A stretch of 64,000 bases of DNA from the NCBI GenBank assembly GCA_963790475.1, contig CAWBOS010000010.1:1654961-1718960 (forward strand). Reading direction: 5' to 3'. The notes under the pieces were generated by a model that saw only the letters and a list, made by a program, of their open reading frames with translations, ran no database searches and was not told the DNA's origin. The stretch comes from an uncultured delta proteobacterium (GTDB lineage Bacteria; Desulfobacterota; RBG-13-43-22). Position 1 is the stretch's first letter. Every line of letters starts with the position of its first letter. Positions 26,958 through 36,420 of the stretch are shown one piece after another. The translations under genes were made by a program, and so were the position numbers.

Positions 26958-28574
26958 ATGTTGGTCGATGATTTTTCATTAGAAACCGTTGAGGCGGGAG
27001 GTTATCCGATACAAACCTTCAAAAACCGCTTCCCGAATTTGTGGGAAATGTTTTTTCATAGCGCTTCCACTTATCGGGATGAAATATGTCTGATCGAAGG
27101 ACAAAGGCGGATCACCTTCGGACAGGCGGCGGATCTGGCGATTCGCCTGGCTGCCCACATCAAAGAAAAAACAGGTGCCGGCCGCGGTGACCATGTCGGC
27201 CTCTTGATGGAGAACTCTATCGGTTTTATTATTTCCTTTTGGGCCATCCAGAAGATGGGGGCAGTGGCGGTTATTTTTAATACCCGCTTAGCCGCGCCGG
27301 AACTGAAGCGGCAGCTACAATTTTCCGATTTGAGAGTACTACTGTCTTCCCCGCTTTTGTCATCGAAAGTTCAGGAGATCCCTTCTCAAGAACTCAATTT
27401 CCACCAGGTGGTACTCGAGTATGACCGGCTGATGCACCTCCCCGGAGGGGAACAGACACCGCCTTCGAAGGGGATTTCCGAAGATGATACGGCCTTTATT
27501 CTTTTCACCTCCGGGACCTCGGGGACACCAAAAGGGGTTATGCTCACCCATCGCAATATTATTACTTGCGCCTTCAGGTCCGGCGCAACGATCGCTCAGG
27601 GATTGGCCCTGGCTGCTTCTTCAGGCTCCCCGGTCCAGGAATCATCCAAAAAGCAATATATGCTGATCGTCGCTCCCCTGTTTCACATCATGGCCATAGA
27701 GCAAATGTCGGCGGCCGTATTTCTGGGACGGGGCAGTATTCTGCTGGCCTCTTTCAACCCCCAGGAAATTATGGAACTTGTAAACCGGGGAGAACTCTTT
27801 GGCCTTACCGGAACGCCGACCATGTATTGGCTGCTCCTTAATAAAACGGCCATTCGGCGATCTAAAGTGGAAAGTATCAGGAGGCTTGGTTTTGGCGCGG
27901 CCCCCATGGCGCCCGATTTATTGAAAGAACTAAAAGAAGTTTTTCCTTCTGCCCGCCTCAGGAATGGCTATGGACTGACCGAAGCCCCTTCCATCAGCGC
28001 CCTGCCCGACTTGTATATGGAAACCCATCCGACTTCGGTCGGAAAACCGACCTTATGTACCAAAGTAAAGATTGTCGATCCCCTGAGCCGAGAAGAACTG
28101 GGATCGAATGTTGTGGGTGAATTGGCGGTACGCGGCGCCCTGGTCACCAAGGGGTATTACAAAGTGCCGGAAGAAACCGCCAAAGTGTATCAAGAGGGAT
28201 GGTTTTACACCGGCGACATGGCCTATCAGGATAGGGATGGATTCCTCTTCCTGGTTGGACGCAGCCGGGAGATGATCAATCGTGGAGGAGAAAATGTCTA
28301 CCCGGTAGAGGTGGAAAATGTCCTCCATCTTCACCCCAAAATTCTGGATGTGGCCGTTTTTGGCCTGCCCGATCCGGTCATGGGCAGCATCGTGGTCTGT
28401 GCGATAGTCCCCAGACCGGGTGCCGGAAAAATTACAGTACAAGAAATACAGGCCTACTGCCAGGATCAATTGGCTCCTTATAAAATTCCTCAGAAGGTAT
28501 TCTTTTTAGCCGAAATGCCGACCAATCCGGGAGGAAAGGTGATGAAGAATAGACTCGTCGAACAATTTTCCTGA
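26958..28574 (+). CDS. AMP-dependent acyl-CoA synthetase/ligase
   Basis: 538 aa with FTSGTSGTPKGVMLTHRN, GYGLTE, YYTGD and a C-terminal PGGKVMK. Confidence 0.9.
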   Translation: MLVDDFSLETVEAGGYPIQTFKNRFPNLWEMFFHSASTYRDEICLIEGQRRITFGQAADLAIRLAAHIKEKTGAGRGDHVGLLMENSIGFIISFWAIQKMGAVAVIFNTRLAAPELKRQLQFSDLRVLLSSPLLSSKVQEIPSQELNFHQVVLEYDRLMHLPGGEQTPPSKGISEDDTAFILFTSGTSGTPKGVMLTHRNIITCAFRSGATIAQGLALAASSGSPVQESSKKQYMLIVAPLFHIMAIEQMSAAVFLGRGSILLASFNPQEIMELVNRGELFGLTGTPTMYWLLLNKTAIRRSKVESIRRLGFGAAPMAPDLLKELKEVFPSARLRNGYGLTEAPSISALPDLYMETHPTSVGKPTLCTKVKIVDPLSREELGSNVVGELAVRGALVTKGYYKVPEETAKVYQEGWFYTGDMAYQDRDGFLFLVGRSREMINRGGENVYPVEVENVLHLHPKILDVAVFGLPDPVMGSIVVCAIVPRPGAGKITVQEIQAYCQDQLAPYKIPQKVFFLAEMPTNPGGKVMKNRLVEQFS

Positions 28575-28600
28575 ATTGGATGTAAAAGAAAAAGTTTTTG

Positions 28601-28793
28601 TTCACCGCAGACGCAAAGGACCCAGAGAGAATCATTCTTATTCAATCCCCTGAGAGGCGGGATTGAATAACCCAGTTCTGGCCTCCATTCAAACAATCAC
28701 CCGCAGGGTAGGGAATGTTATTGATTGCCAGCCCCTCACCGGCAATCAATAAAAATATTTTTTCTTTGCGCCCTCTGCGTCTTTGCGGTGAAA
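28601..28793. repeat. MITE-like composite element with imperfect terminal inverted repeats and internal hairpins
   Basis: The ends are TTCACCGCAGACGCAAAGG and CTCTGCGTCTTTGCGGTGAA. Internal hairpins are TTCAATCCC..GGGATTGAA (28641-28667) and TTATTGATTGCC..GGCAATCAATAA (28718-28752). A related copy lies at 49769-49979. Confidence 0.6.
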
Positions 28794-28853
28794 ACAGTTA
28801 TTTTAATAGGCCGAACTTCAAAAAAAAAGCAAATGACAGAAAAGGAGAAAAGA

Positions 28854-30014
28854 ATGGACTTTCAATTGACGGAAGAACAAAAACTTTTCAAACAATCGGT
28901 ACATGATTTTGCCGATTCTCGTATCGCGCCGATGGTGGACTATTGGGAGAAAGGAGACCTTTCCCTGGCGCGGAAGGATCTCCTTTCCGAATACCGGGAG
29001 TTGGGCTTGCTGGGTATTACCCTTCCGGAGGAATATGGCGGCCAGGGACTGCCGGCGATTTACGCCATCCTGGCCATGGAAGAGCTGGCCAGGGTCACCA
29101 CCAGGGCCTCCGGTGTGGTCATGGAGAGCAGTTTCGGGCCGATACGGGCCGTGGAAAAATTCGGGACGGAAGAACAAAAGCAACGATTTATTCCCCCCTG
29201 TGCCCGCGGTGAGAATTTTATGTCCGTCGGCATGACTGAACCAGGAGCAGGATCGGCACTGACCGACTTAACAACTCGGGCCGTTCTTAAAGGGGATCAC
29301 TATGTGGTCAACGGCCAAAAAAGATTTATTTCCGGAGGAGGCCATTCGGACTGGTATATGGTTTATGTCCGCTTGAGCGATCGTAAAGGACACCAGGGAA
29401 TCGGCGGAATAGTGGCCGAAAAAGGCACTCCGGGATTTTCCTTTGGAAAACAGGAAGAATTCATGGGTCTTCACGGCATGCACAGCTGCGATCTTATTTT
29501 TGAAGACTGTCTAGTCCCCAAAGAGAATCTGATCATTCCCGAAGGCGGTTTCGCCAAGTTGATGCAGGCCTTTGATGTGGAACGCTGCGGGAATGCCACC
29601 CAATCGCTGGGGATCGCCTGGGGCGCCCTGGAGGCAGCCAAAAAATATTCCAAGGAACGAACGGCCTTCGGAAAACCCATCTGCGAATTTCAGGCCATAC
29701 AATTACTCCTGGCGGATATGGCTATGAAGGTCGAGGCCGCCAGGCTCCTGATCTACCGGGCGGTGGTCAATGCCGGTAATGGATTGCCCTCGGTATTCGA
29801 ATCTTCCGTGGCCAAATGTTTTGCCAATGAAATCGGCAAGGAGGTTACGGACATGGCCATGCAGGTCTTCGGCGGGTACGGCTATTCCAAAGAGTACCCC
29901 ATCGAACGTATGCTGCGGGACAGCCGCGGCTGGCCCCTGGCCGGAGGTACGGTTCAAATTCAACGGATCAACATCGCCTCGGCTATGCTGGGAAGAAGGT
30001 TTGACCAGAGATAG
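28854..30014 (+). CDS. Acyl-CoA dehydrogenase
   Basis: Start taken at MDFQLTEEQ, with AAGGAG 7 nt upstream. The tracked start at 28725 lies inside the repeat. The ACAD N, middle and C domains are recognisable. FDVERCG is an IVD-type catalytic Glu candidate. Confidence 0.9.
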   Translation: MDFQLTEEQKLFKQSVHDFADSRIAPMVDYWEKGDLSLARKDLLSEYRELGLLGITLPEEYGGQGLPAIYAILAMEELARVTTRASGVVMESSFGPIRAVEKFGTEEQKQRFIPPCARGENFMSVGMTEPGAGSALTDLTTRAVLKGDHYVVNGQKRFISGGGHSDWYMVYVRLSDRKGHQGIGGIVAEKGTPGFSFGKQEEFMGLHGMHSCDLIFEDCLVPKENLIIPEGGFAKLMQAFDVERCGNATQSLGIAWGALEAAKKYSKERTAFGKPICEFQAIQLLLADMAMKVEAARLLIYRAVVNAGNGLPSVFESSVAKCFANEIGKEVTDMAMQVFGGYGYSKEYPIERMLRDSRGWPLAGGTVQIQRINIASAMLGRRFDQR

Positions 30015-30041
30015 AGACGTTTCAATAATAGGGAGGGAAAA

Positions 30042-30179
30042 ATGAAAAAGAGTTTCAGGGGATTCATTTTATTTTTTATTGTTTTCACCCTAATAGGGAC
30101 GGGCTTAGTCTCTGAAACCGGTGCGGCGGAAAAAGTACAGTACGGCGGTACGCTCACCTATTTGAAAAGGGGGATCGAG
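30042..30179 (+). pseudogene. 5' stub of a family-5 (peptide/nickel-type) ABC solute-binding protein gene
   Basis: A signal peptide (MKKSFRGFILFFIVFTLIGTGLVS) is followed by AEKVQYGGTLTYLKRGIE. The similarity stops exactly at the intron 3' boundary, and no SBP-like continuation exists on the far side. Confidence 0.45.
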
Positions 30180-32107
30180 GTAGGACAGCCAGTTACCCGA
30201 CTGCCCCCTCACAGACCCCGGCGTGCAGAATTACCGCACCGGGTTCCTCAGAATTATTCGCTTGGGTGCTTCTGCCCTCAAAAGGCCATTTCCAGTTGCT
30301 TCGGCAATTTCTTTTCCGTTATCCGTGGTTTCTCTATCCGGAAATATTTCAGAAGTTCATTAAAACCAGGCCAGGTGTAACTCTTACGCTGGCTTCTCCG
30401 ATTCAGACGCTTGAATAATATCCTCATCGCCCGATAGTAGAATGATGCCAGACTCTTAAAGTTCCCAATCACTCCGTAGTAATTGTAATACCCCCGAAGC
30501 TTCGCATTGAGTTTACTGAAAAAGTCTGTCATCCGTAGGTTGATGTTCTTTCTACACCATTCGTCAAAGTTCTTTATGGAATTCTTGTACTTCTTCCGGG
30601 AGGTCCGTTTCCAAATGTGCACTTTCCCTGCTCTGCTCGTCCTCCATCGAAATTCAAATCCCAAAAATTCAAACATGGCCTTGTCTTCCCTGTGCAGCCG
30701 ACTAAAACGGATTATCCGTGTCTTTTCTTCCGCCAAGGTCAGACCGAACTTCCCCAGACGTTTGCCCAGCACATCATAAAACCGCTGGGCATCCCTCTGG
30801 CTTTGAAAGGCACATATAAAGTCATCCGCATATCTGCAATAGTATGCCTGCCCGCAATGCGCTTTCACCACTTCCTCAAACCACTCATCCAAAACATAGT
30901 GTAAGTAGATGTTGGCCAATATCGGCGATACGATTCCTCCCTGGGGTGTTCCCGTTATGGGATCGATCACCCGGCCTTCTTCCAATACACCGGCCTTTAG
31001 CCACTTCCCTATCAAGCCCAGAAACGGCTTATCATCGATCTTCTTCTTCAGCATCTCCATCAACAGGGTGTGATCGATTGCATCGAAAAAGCCTTTGATA
31101 TCAGCTTCGACAATATAGTTGAATCCCCCGAACTGAAGCTTTGTGGATACCTCCTTGATCGCATCCAGTGCTCCCAGTTTCGGCCTATATCCAAAGCTGC
31201 CAGCCTTAAATATCGGCTCGTATATCGCTTCCAGTATCTTGGCTACTGCTGTTCGCAGCAGCTTGTCTTCCGTGGCCGGAATCCCAAGAGGTCTTGTTTT
31301 CCCTCCTGGTTTCGGTATGAAACGCCTCAACACCAACTTCGCCCGATACCAGCCCCCTTTGACCCGCTCGACCAGGTCAACTATATGATCTGTCAATCTC
31401 TCCCCGTATTGCCAGTAGGTCACCCGATCTACTCCAGGCGCTGACTTCCGGTTCATAAATCTCCAGCACCAATACAGCATCTCTGCGTCGATCCGTCCCA
31501 TCAGGTTCTGAAATCGGTGGTCTTTATGTAGTGCAGATTTCTCCGCTATTCCCCGCAGTGAGGTTTGCATTAATTCTCCAGCCCGACTTTGTCCGGTTAA
31601 TGTTTCCTTTGCAGACTACATAATCCTGCTCACCCCTTCCCCCTGTGATCGGCTCTACCGTCTCTGAGTACTATGAGTGAGTATGACTCCCTGACCGTCT
31701 TCGGCACGCCTCCTTTTTCTCGTTGGACACGCCTACCTGATCTCCCTTCTTCTCAGGAACTGTCAGGGTCTCCCAGGTTCCATAGTGCTTCTCTTCATAC
31801 ATGCCACGCCCTTCTTCCGACACCGGCAGACCCTCCAGATTCTTGCCCTTAACGAATCCTTTGTTTCGGCTTCCGTTCAACGTATAACGTCGCCATCTGC
31901 TTCATATGAATTACGATGCTGTATCATGCTTCAGGAGAGCACCCCTCTCCCTGTGGCCTATATGATTCCCTGTGTACGCTTCGTGTGGGTCGTTCAACCA
32001 CTTGTCTATCCTTCCCAGTCACGCAACACTCGGTACGGGTGGTTGGCTATTCCTTACCCGACAGGGACTCTCACCCTGTAAGAAACACCAGGCTTGGCCT
32101 GGCGCAC
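30180..32107 (-). mobile_element. Group II intron (about 1.93 kb), boundaries approximate to within 2 nt
   Basis: On the minus strand the 5' end is GUGCGCC (GUGYG; an alternative GUGUG lies 2 nt upstream). About 540 nt precede the ORF. The IEP sits in domain IV. A domain V-like hairpin lies at about 30214-30246 (8-bp lower stem, CG bulge, 5-bp upper stem). A domain VI-like stem follows, and the 3' end reads ..CCUAC. Confidence 0.8.
30278..31570 (-). CDS. Group II intron reverse transcriptase/maturase (no En domain)
   Basis: 430 aa. The RT blocks include the YADD motif (CRYADDFICAF). The maturase X region carries LRGYYNYYG. The protein ends with no HNH-type region. Confidence 0.92.
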   Translation of the reverse strand: MQTSLRGIAEKSALHKDHRFQNLMGRIDAEMLYWCWRFMNRKSAPGVDRVTYWQYGERLTDHIVDLVERVKGGWYRAKLVLRRFIPKPGGKTRPLGIPATEDKLLRTAVAKILEAIYEPIFKAGSFGYRPKLGALDAIKEVSTKLQFGGFNYIVEADIKGFFDAIDHTLLMEMLKKKIDDKPFLGLIGKWLKAGVLEEGRVIDPITGTPQGGIVSPILANIYLHYVLDEWFEEVVKAHCGQAYYCRYADDFICAFQSQRDAQRFYDVLGKRLGKFGLTLAEEKTRIIRFSRLHREDKAMFEFLGFEFRWRTSRAGKVHIWKRTSRKKYKNSIKNFDEWCRKNINLRMTDFFSKLNAKLRGYYNYYGVIGNFKSLASFYYRAMRILFKRLNRRSQRKSYTWPGFNELLKYFRIEKPRITEKKLPKQLEMAF

Positions 32108-32547
32108 ACGTTGTCCATTTAATTCAAAATCTTTTTATTTTTGGGCGCAAAGTGGGTGTCCCTCCACTTTTGTTACCCTCGCCCCTTGGAGCAATCTCAA
32201 CCATTGGAACCAAGCCGTCAATGGCTCGGGCACACAATTGCCTGAACCGGAAAATTTTCTCGGTCTTGATCATCCATCTTTATAAATTTTGCCATGTCTT
32301 ATTTTCTTCAAGTCGAGCCAGTCCTCCTCGAAGAAGAAGGGCGACGGCAGCAAAATGGCCTGGCCTCCGGAGGAAATTATTTATCTCTGAGATGGCGGCG
32401 AACAATTCGAGCGATATTGATTGCCGCACTATATGCCTCTTTGGGGGAGTTCGGCCCAGAGGGGCTTACCCCCCGTAGATCGGGACGTTGGTTCTAAGTT
32501 GCATAACTTCCATACTCGTAAGTTGTTTGACTCCCTATCATTATTAT

Positions 32548-33078
32548 TTAATCCCATGACCTCCGGTGCCAAAACTCTCGTTTTAGTCCCTCGTAGAGGT
32601 TGAAGACGATCGGGCAAATCTGGCAATTTGAAAAAGCCTGGTTGACCCTGAAAATGAATTCCCGCTTGTGCAAGTGGGGAAATGAGCGACAGTCGGCCGG
32701 CCTTTGGTCATAAACAGTACAACGATTGTCCTTCAGAAAAGGACAGGGAAGGGTATTGAAGGTCTCACCTTCTCCGTCTTCGTCCGTCCGCAGGTATCGG
32801 GCACGAAAGGCACTCACGGGCAGGCCCTGCGCTTGTGAAAGCCGTTTTACATCCGCCTTAGTGAGAAGAGGCCGGGACACCCGGCAGCAGTTAGCGCAGG
32901 AGGTGCACTCGATCCTGGAGGATAGTTCCCGGTACAGTTGGTGAACCTTGGAGTCGATTCTGTGAATCGACCAATTGGAGCTTTTCAAAAAACATCGGAA
33001 AGCCCAATTAGCCTTTTCCCGAAGCCGGGCGAGTTTTTCAATCCTGTTGATATCGGTCTCTATTTCCATCCCTATCAA
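32548..33078 (-). CDS. YkgJ-family (CxxCxxCC) cysteine-cluster protein
   Basis: 176 aa with CTSCANCCR plus downstream Cys residues (CPFL..C..), typical of this zinc/iron-chelating domain family. Confidence 0.7.
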   Translation of the reverse strand: MIGMEIETDINRIEKLARLREKANWAFRCFLKSSNWSIHRIDSKVHQLYRELSSRIECTSCANCCRVSRPLLTKADVKRLSQAQGLPVSAFRARYLRTDEDGEGETFNTLPCPFLKDNRCTVYDQRPADCRSFPHLHKREFIFRVNQAFSNCQICPIVFNLYEGLKREFWHRRSWD

Positions 33079-33151
33079 GTCCCCAACATTGGATGTCCCC
33101 TAAGATATCTTTGGACTGGGTCAGGTCCATTTTCCTTGCATTTGTTTATTA

Positions 33152-33319
33152 TCAGCGTCTATCCGGATTAAATTTAATCACCCGCATATTCGGAATATGA
33201 TGGTAATGTTTGGTATTGGCCGTTAGAAGGACTTCCGAAGTATTAATACAAGTAGCCGCAATCAAGGCATCGGCCAATTCCAGGGAGTGACTTAAAAAGA
33301 ATTCCTCAATAAAGATCAT
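33152..33319 (-). pseudogene. C-terminal remnant of a PIN-domain (VapC) toxin
   Basis: My translation is MIFIEEFFLSHSLELADALIAATCINTSEVLLTANTKHYHHIPNMRVIKFNP... The DALIAAT and T.N...F..IP motifs are present. The N-terminal acidic residues and the antitoxin are missing. Confidence 0.5.
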
Positions 33320-33450
33320 GGCTCGTGTTGAAATATCAGAATTGAAAGGAGGATTCTCCCTACACTTTTTTCTTCTTGATTCTGTTTTTTCGTTGCCTTA
33401 TATTTTCCCTTCAAAAAGGAAATTCTTATCTAAATGGTCCAAGGTGAAAG

Positions 33451-33732
33451 GTGAAAGGGAAAATACAAAAGATAAAAAAGGCTAATCAAGATGAGTCTTC
33501 AAAACTGAGGCCTTGCAACTCCAAACTTGAACCGCCCGCTTTTGTCAGACGCCGCCGCTGTTCGGATTGTCTTTATTGCCAGGTTTGCTCGCTGGAGCGC
33601 TGCCGTCTTTGCTGGGCCTCGAAAACGAACCCCCAAAAAAAATTGTCCATGGCCGAACAAATCGCCCTCTATAATCGAATCAATAAAAAGAAAGTAACCA
33701 GGAAGAAAAAAGATTCTAGCGCCAGGTCCTGA
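33451..33732 (+). CDS. Hypothetical small, very basic, Cys-rich protein
   Basis: 93 codons from a GTG start, with the cluster CSDCLYCQVCSLERCRLC and Lys/Arg-rich tails. A hairpin at 33799-33822 follows. The RBS is weak and no family is recognised. Confidence 0.35.
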   Translation: MKGKIQKIKKANQDESSKLRPCNSKLEPPAFVRRRRCSDCLYCQVCSLERCRLCWASKTNPQKKLSMAEQIALYNRINKKKVTRKKKDSSARS

Positions 33733-33798
33733 CATTTCTATTTCTGGTCAGCGAATTTCTTTGGAGAGTTAAAGAACAAAAAGACGGATGAAATGAAA

Positions 33799-33822
33799 AG
33801 CCGGGTCCAAGAGGACCCGGCT
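33799..33822. terminator. Hairpin between convergent units (bidirectional terminator candidate)
   Basis: 10-bp stem AGCCGGGTCC/GGACCCGGCT with loop AAGA. Flanking sequence is T-rich on both strands. Confidence 0.55.
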
Positions 33823-33864
33823 TCTTCGATTTGCCTGCCATTTATTTGTTGCAGGTCCCTTTTT

Positions 33865-35148
33865 CTATTTTCTTTCTTTTTTCCTGGTCTCGATGGCTTC
33901 CCAGCGTTCCCTCCAAGGCTGCCAGAAGGGAATCTGTTTTTCCTTGGGGAGATCAAAAATATTCAGGGGTTTTCCCCTGAATTTCTCGGGCCCAGGCCAT
34001 TTTTCAACCTCCTGCATCAGCTTTTCCAGATAGAAATCGGAATCGCCCAGATAGAGCTGTTTGGTCTTCCCCCTTCTGGAAAAGAGGGGCAAAAGCCCTC
34101 GATCCACTTCATAGCCGACCCCGGCCAAGACCTGGTGACCGCGCCAGCAGGCCCTCTCATGAGAATCGCTGGTCCAGGCCTTGGCCATGGCCACTTCCAG
34201 ATTGCAGGGAAGGTTATCATTGAGTTTCCATACCGCCTGATAGGTCAGCCACCTGGAGGCATCCACTTCGCTTAATAGAAAGACACAATGGTCCTGTACA
34301 TATTGGTTGATGCCGATGGGCATATCGAACTGGACCCTGGCCTTGGCATATCCAACGGTAATTTCCAATACGCGTTGTCCGGCGCCGACCATGTCGGCGC
34401 AAAGTAGAACAGCCCCTTTATTCATGACCTTTTCCAGAGGCGCCCAGCCTTTATGGAGGGGACCGACCATATTCTCCCTGGGGATCTTAACCCTTCGGAA
34501 GGCAACCTCGCACTGTTTGTCGCCTGCCGTCGTCTCCAGAATTTCATAGCTTACTCCCGGGGCTTTGGCATCCACCAGAAAAAGGGTGATGCCGTCTTCA
34601 GGTTTATTCCCCTTTCGGGTTCTGGTAACACACAGCAGATAATCGGCAATATGGGCATCATGGACGAACAGCTTCGTCCCATTGATGATATAATCATCCC
34701 CCTTGGGAGTGGCGCTTACCGTTACCCCTTCGGGCTTCCAGGCCGTTCCCTCCCAACTGGATTCCGGTTCGGTCAGGGCCAGCGAAAGGATCAGTTCTCC
34801 TTTGGCAATCTTCGGCAGCAGGTCCGCTTTCTGCTTATTACTCCCTGCCTCCAAAACAGTCAGACCGCCTAAAATAATCGTGGACAAATAAGGACTGGGC
34901 AGCATGGCCCTTCCCATTTCCTCGAACAATATGGCCAGGTCAAAGAAACTGCCCCCCTTCCCTCCAAATTGTTCCGGATATCCCAGTCCCAGCCACCCTT
35001 TCCCGGCCATTTTCCGCCAAAGCTTCTTTGAAAAACCCTGATCATCTTCCTCCATTTCCCGGACAAAACTCTCGGGGCATTCCTTTTCCAGAAACGCCCG
35101 GGCCTCTTTTTTCAGTCTTTCCTGCGCTTCGGTAAGAGAAAAATCCAT
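33865..35148 (-). CDS. Acyl-CoA dehydrogenase-family protein (possible non-catalytic partner subunit) with a basic, Trp-rich C-terminal extension
   Basis: Start taken at MDFSLTEAQ, with AAAGGAG upstream. The ACAD fold blocks are present. The position of the usual C-terminal catalytic Glu reads LYLGDS, and I saw no IVD-type Glu by eye. Confidence 0.8.
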   Translation of the reverse strand: MDFSLTEAQERLKKEARAFLEKECPESFVREMEEDDQGFSKKLWRKMAGKGWLGLGYPEQFGGKGGSFFDLAILFEEMGRAMLPSPYLSTIILGGLTVLEAGSNKQKADLLPKIAKGELILSLALTEPESSWEGTAWKPEGVTVSATPKGDDYIINGTKLFVHDAHIADYLLCVTRTRKGNKPEDGITLFLVDAKAPGVSYEILETTAGDKQCEVAFRRVKIPRENMVGPLHKGWAPLEKVMNKGAVLLCADMVGAGQRVLEITVGYAKARVQFDMPIGINQYVQDHCVFLLSEVDASRWLTYQAVWKLNDNLPCNLEVAMAKAWTSDSHERACWRGHQVLAGVGYEVDRGLLPLFSRRGKTKQLYLGDSDFYLEKLMQEVEKWPGPEKFRGKPLNIFDLPKEKQIPFWQPWRERWEAIETRKKERK

Positions 35149-35187
35149 AATCCCGCTCCTTTCTGTGTATGGCAATACCCTTTTGAG

Positions 35188-36420
35188 TTATTTTTTCTTT
35201 TCCTGCAAAGATTCGGCGATGACTTTATTAAACTTGGCCGGTATTCTGGGTAAACCCAATCCTCTGCCTGCTGCGACAATCTTATTCACTTCCAGTGTGC
35301 CGGCCGGGTGGACGCTGCGGGCGATCTGCCAGCGGCGTTCAACCTTTCCTGCGAATTTGGCCCATTTCGACCCGGAGCGGAGTTGGCCGTAAAGCCCCAG
35401 GATATTCATCATGTTCTCCGGATGCTGAGTCGAAATGAGTTTATTAAAAAAGCCGCTCAAGTCATAAGGTTTCGAACCCAATTCTTTCTTTTTAGAATGC
35501 CGCCAAACCGCTTCCCAGGCGATGAGTCTCTGGATCTCGATATCGAGAGCCATCTTGGCCAGGGTCTTCCGAACATCGGGATCCTTAATGAGAGGAACTC
35601 CGTTACGTTTTGTTTTTTTACAAAATTGAATGAATTCCACCAACATCCGTTTATGGGTGGCGGGATTACCGGTGCCGCTGCGTTCGAATTCGAAGGCGGC
35701 CATAGCGTGGTAGAATCCTTTATTGAGCTCTCCGAGAAGGTTTTCTTTGGGCACCTTTACGTCTTTATAAAAGATATTCACCTGGGTGCCGAAACCCATG
35801 GTTCCCTGGGCCTGGTAAGTGATACCCGGTGTATCTCCCGGAACGAGAAAAAGGCTGATCCCCTGATGTTTTGGTTCGGTATCGGCGGTCCGGGCCAGGG
35901 TATAAAGGTAGTCAGGTTTTACCATTGTACTGATAAAAGTCTTCTGGCCGTTTAATACATAATACTCACCCTCCGGAACCGCTCTGACTTTCTGGTTGGC
36001 TTCGTCCGAACCGGCCTCGGGTTCGGTAAAGGCCTGGTTCCATATAGCCGTCCCTTTGGCTATGCCGGGCAAAAACTTTTTCTTTTGTTCCTCCGTCCCG
36101 AAGATCTGAACGGCTGGTCCGGCAATATGAAGTCCTGAAAAATTGGGCCACCGTCCTCCGGTGTATCCCCATTCCTCCTCCACGACTCCCTGCTCGATCG
36201 GGCTGAGTCCCAGCCCACCCGTTTCCCGGGACCATCCAGGGGTCAGATACCCTTTGCTGCCGGCCTTTTTTTGGAATTTCATCCAAAATTCGGTCTGGGC
36301 TTTGGTCAAGGAAAACATCGTTTCCACGCCCGGATCAAAATCTTCCGGTATTTCGTTTAAGAAAAATTCCCGGGCATCCTTTCTCAACTTCTCCTGCTTT
36401 TCAGTAAATCCGAAGTCCAT
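35188..36420 (-). CDS. Acyl-CoA dehydrogenase-family protein
   Basis: 410 aa starting MDFGFTEKQEKL. FEFERSG is an IVD-type Glu candidate, and HPAGTLEV is also present. It ends 39 nt upstream of the next ACAD gene. Confidence 0.85.
   Translation of the reverse strand: MDFGFTEKQEKLRKDAREFFLNEIPEDFDPGVETMFSLTKAQTEFWMKFQKKAGSKGYLTPGWSRETGGLGLSPIEQGVVEEEWGYTGGRWPNFSGLHIAGPAVQIFGTEEQKKKFLPGIAKGTAIWNQAFTEPEAGSDEANQKVRAVPEGEYYVLNGQKTFISTMVKPDYLYTLARTADTEPKHQGISLFLVPGDTPGITYQAQGTMGFGTQVNIFYKDVKVPKENLLGELNKGFYHAMAAFEFERSGTGNPATHKRMLVEFIQFCKKTKRNGVPLIKDPDVRKTLAKMALDIEIQRLIAWEAVWRHSKKKELGSKPYDLSGFFNKLISTQHPENMMNILGLYGQLRSGSKWAKFAGKVERRWQIARSVHPAGTLEVNKIVAAGRGLGLPRIPAKFNKVIAESLQEKKK

Noticed and set aside
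28725-28853. 43-codon N-terminal extension of the ACAD ORF.
   Set aside because: It translates the MITE-like repeat (..CALCVFAVK..). The ACAD homology and a good RBS begin at 28854.
31972-32478. 168-codon plus-strand ORF across the intron 5' boundary.
   Set aside because: It starts inside group II intron RNA domain I on the antisense strand. It is low-complexity (PPRRRRATAAKW) with no RBS.
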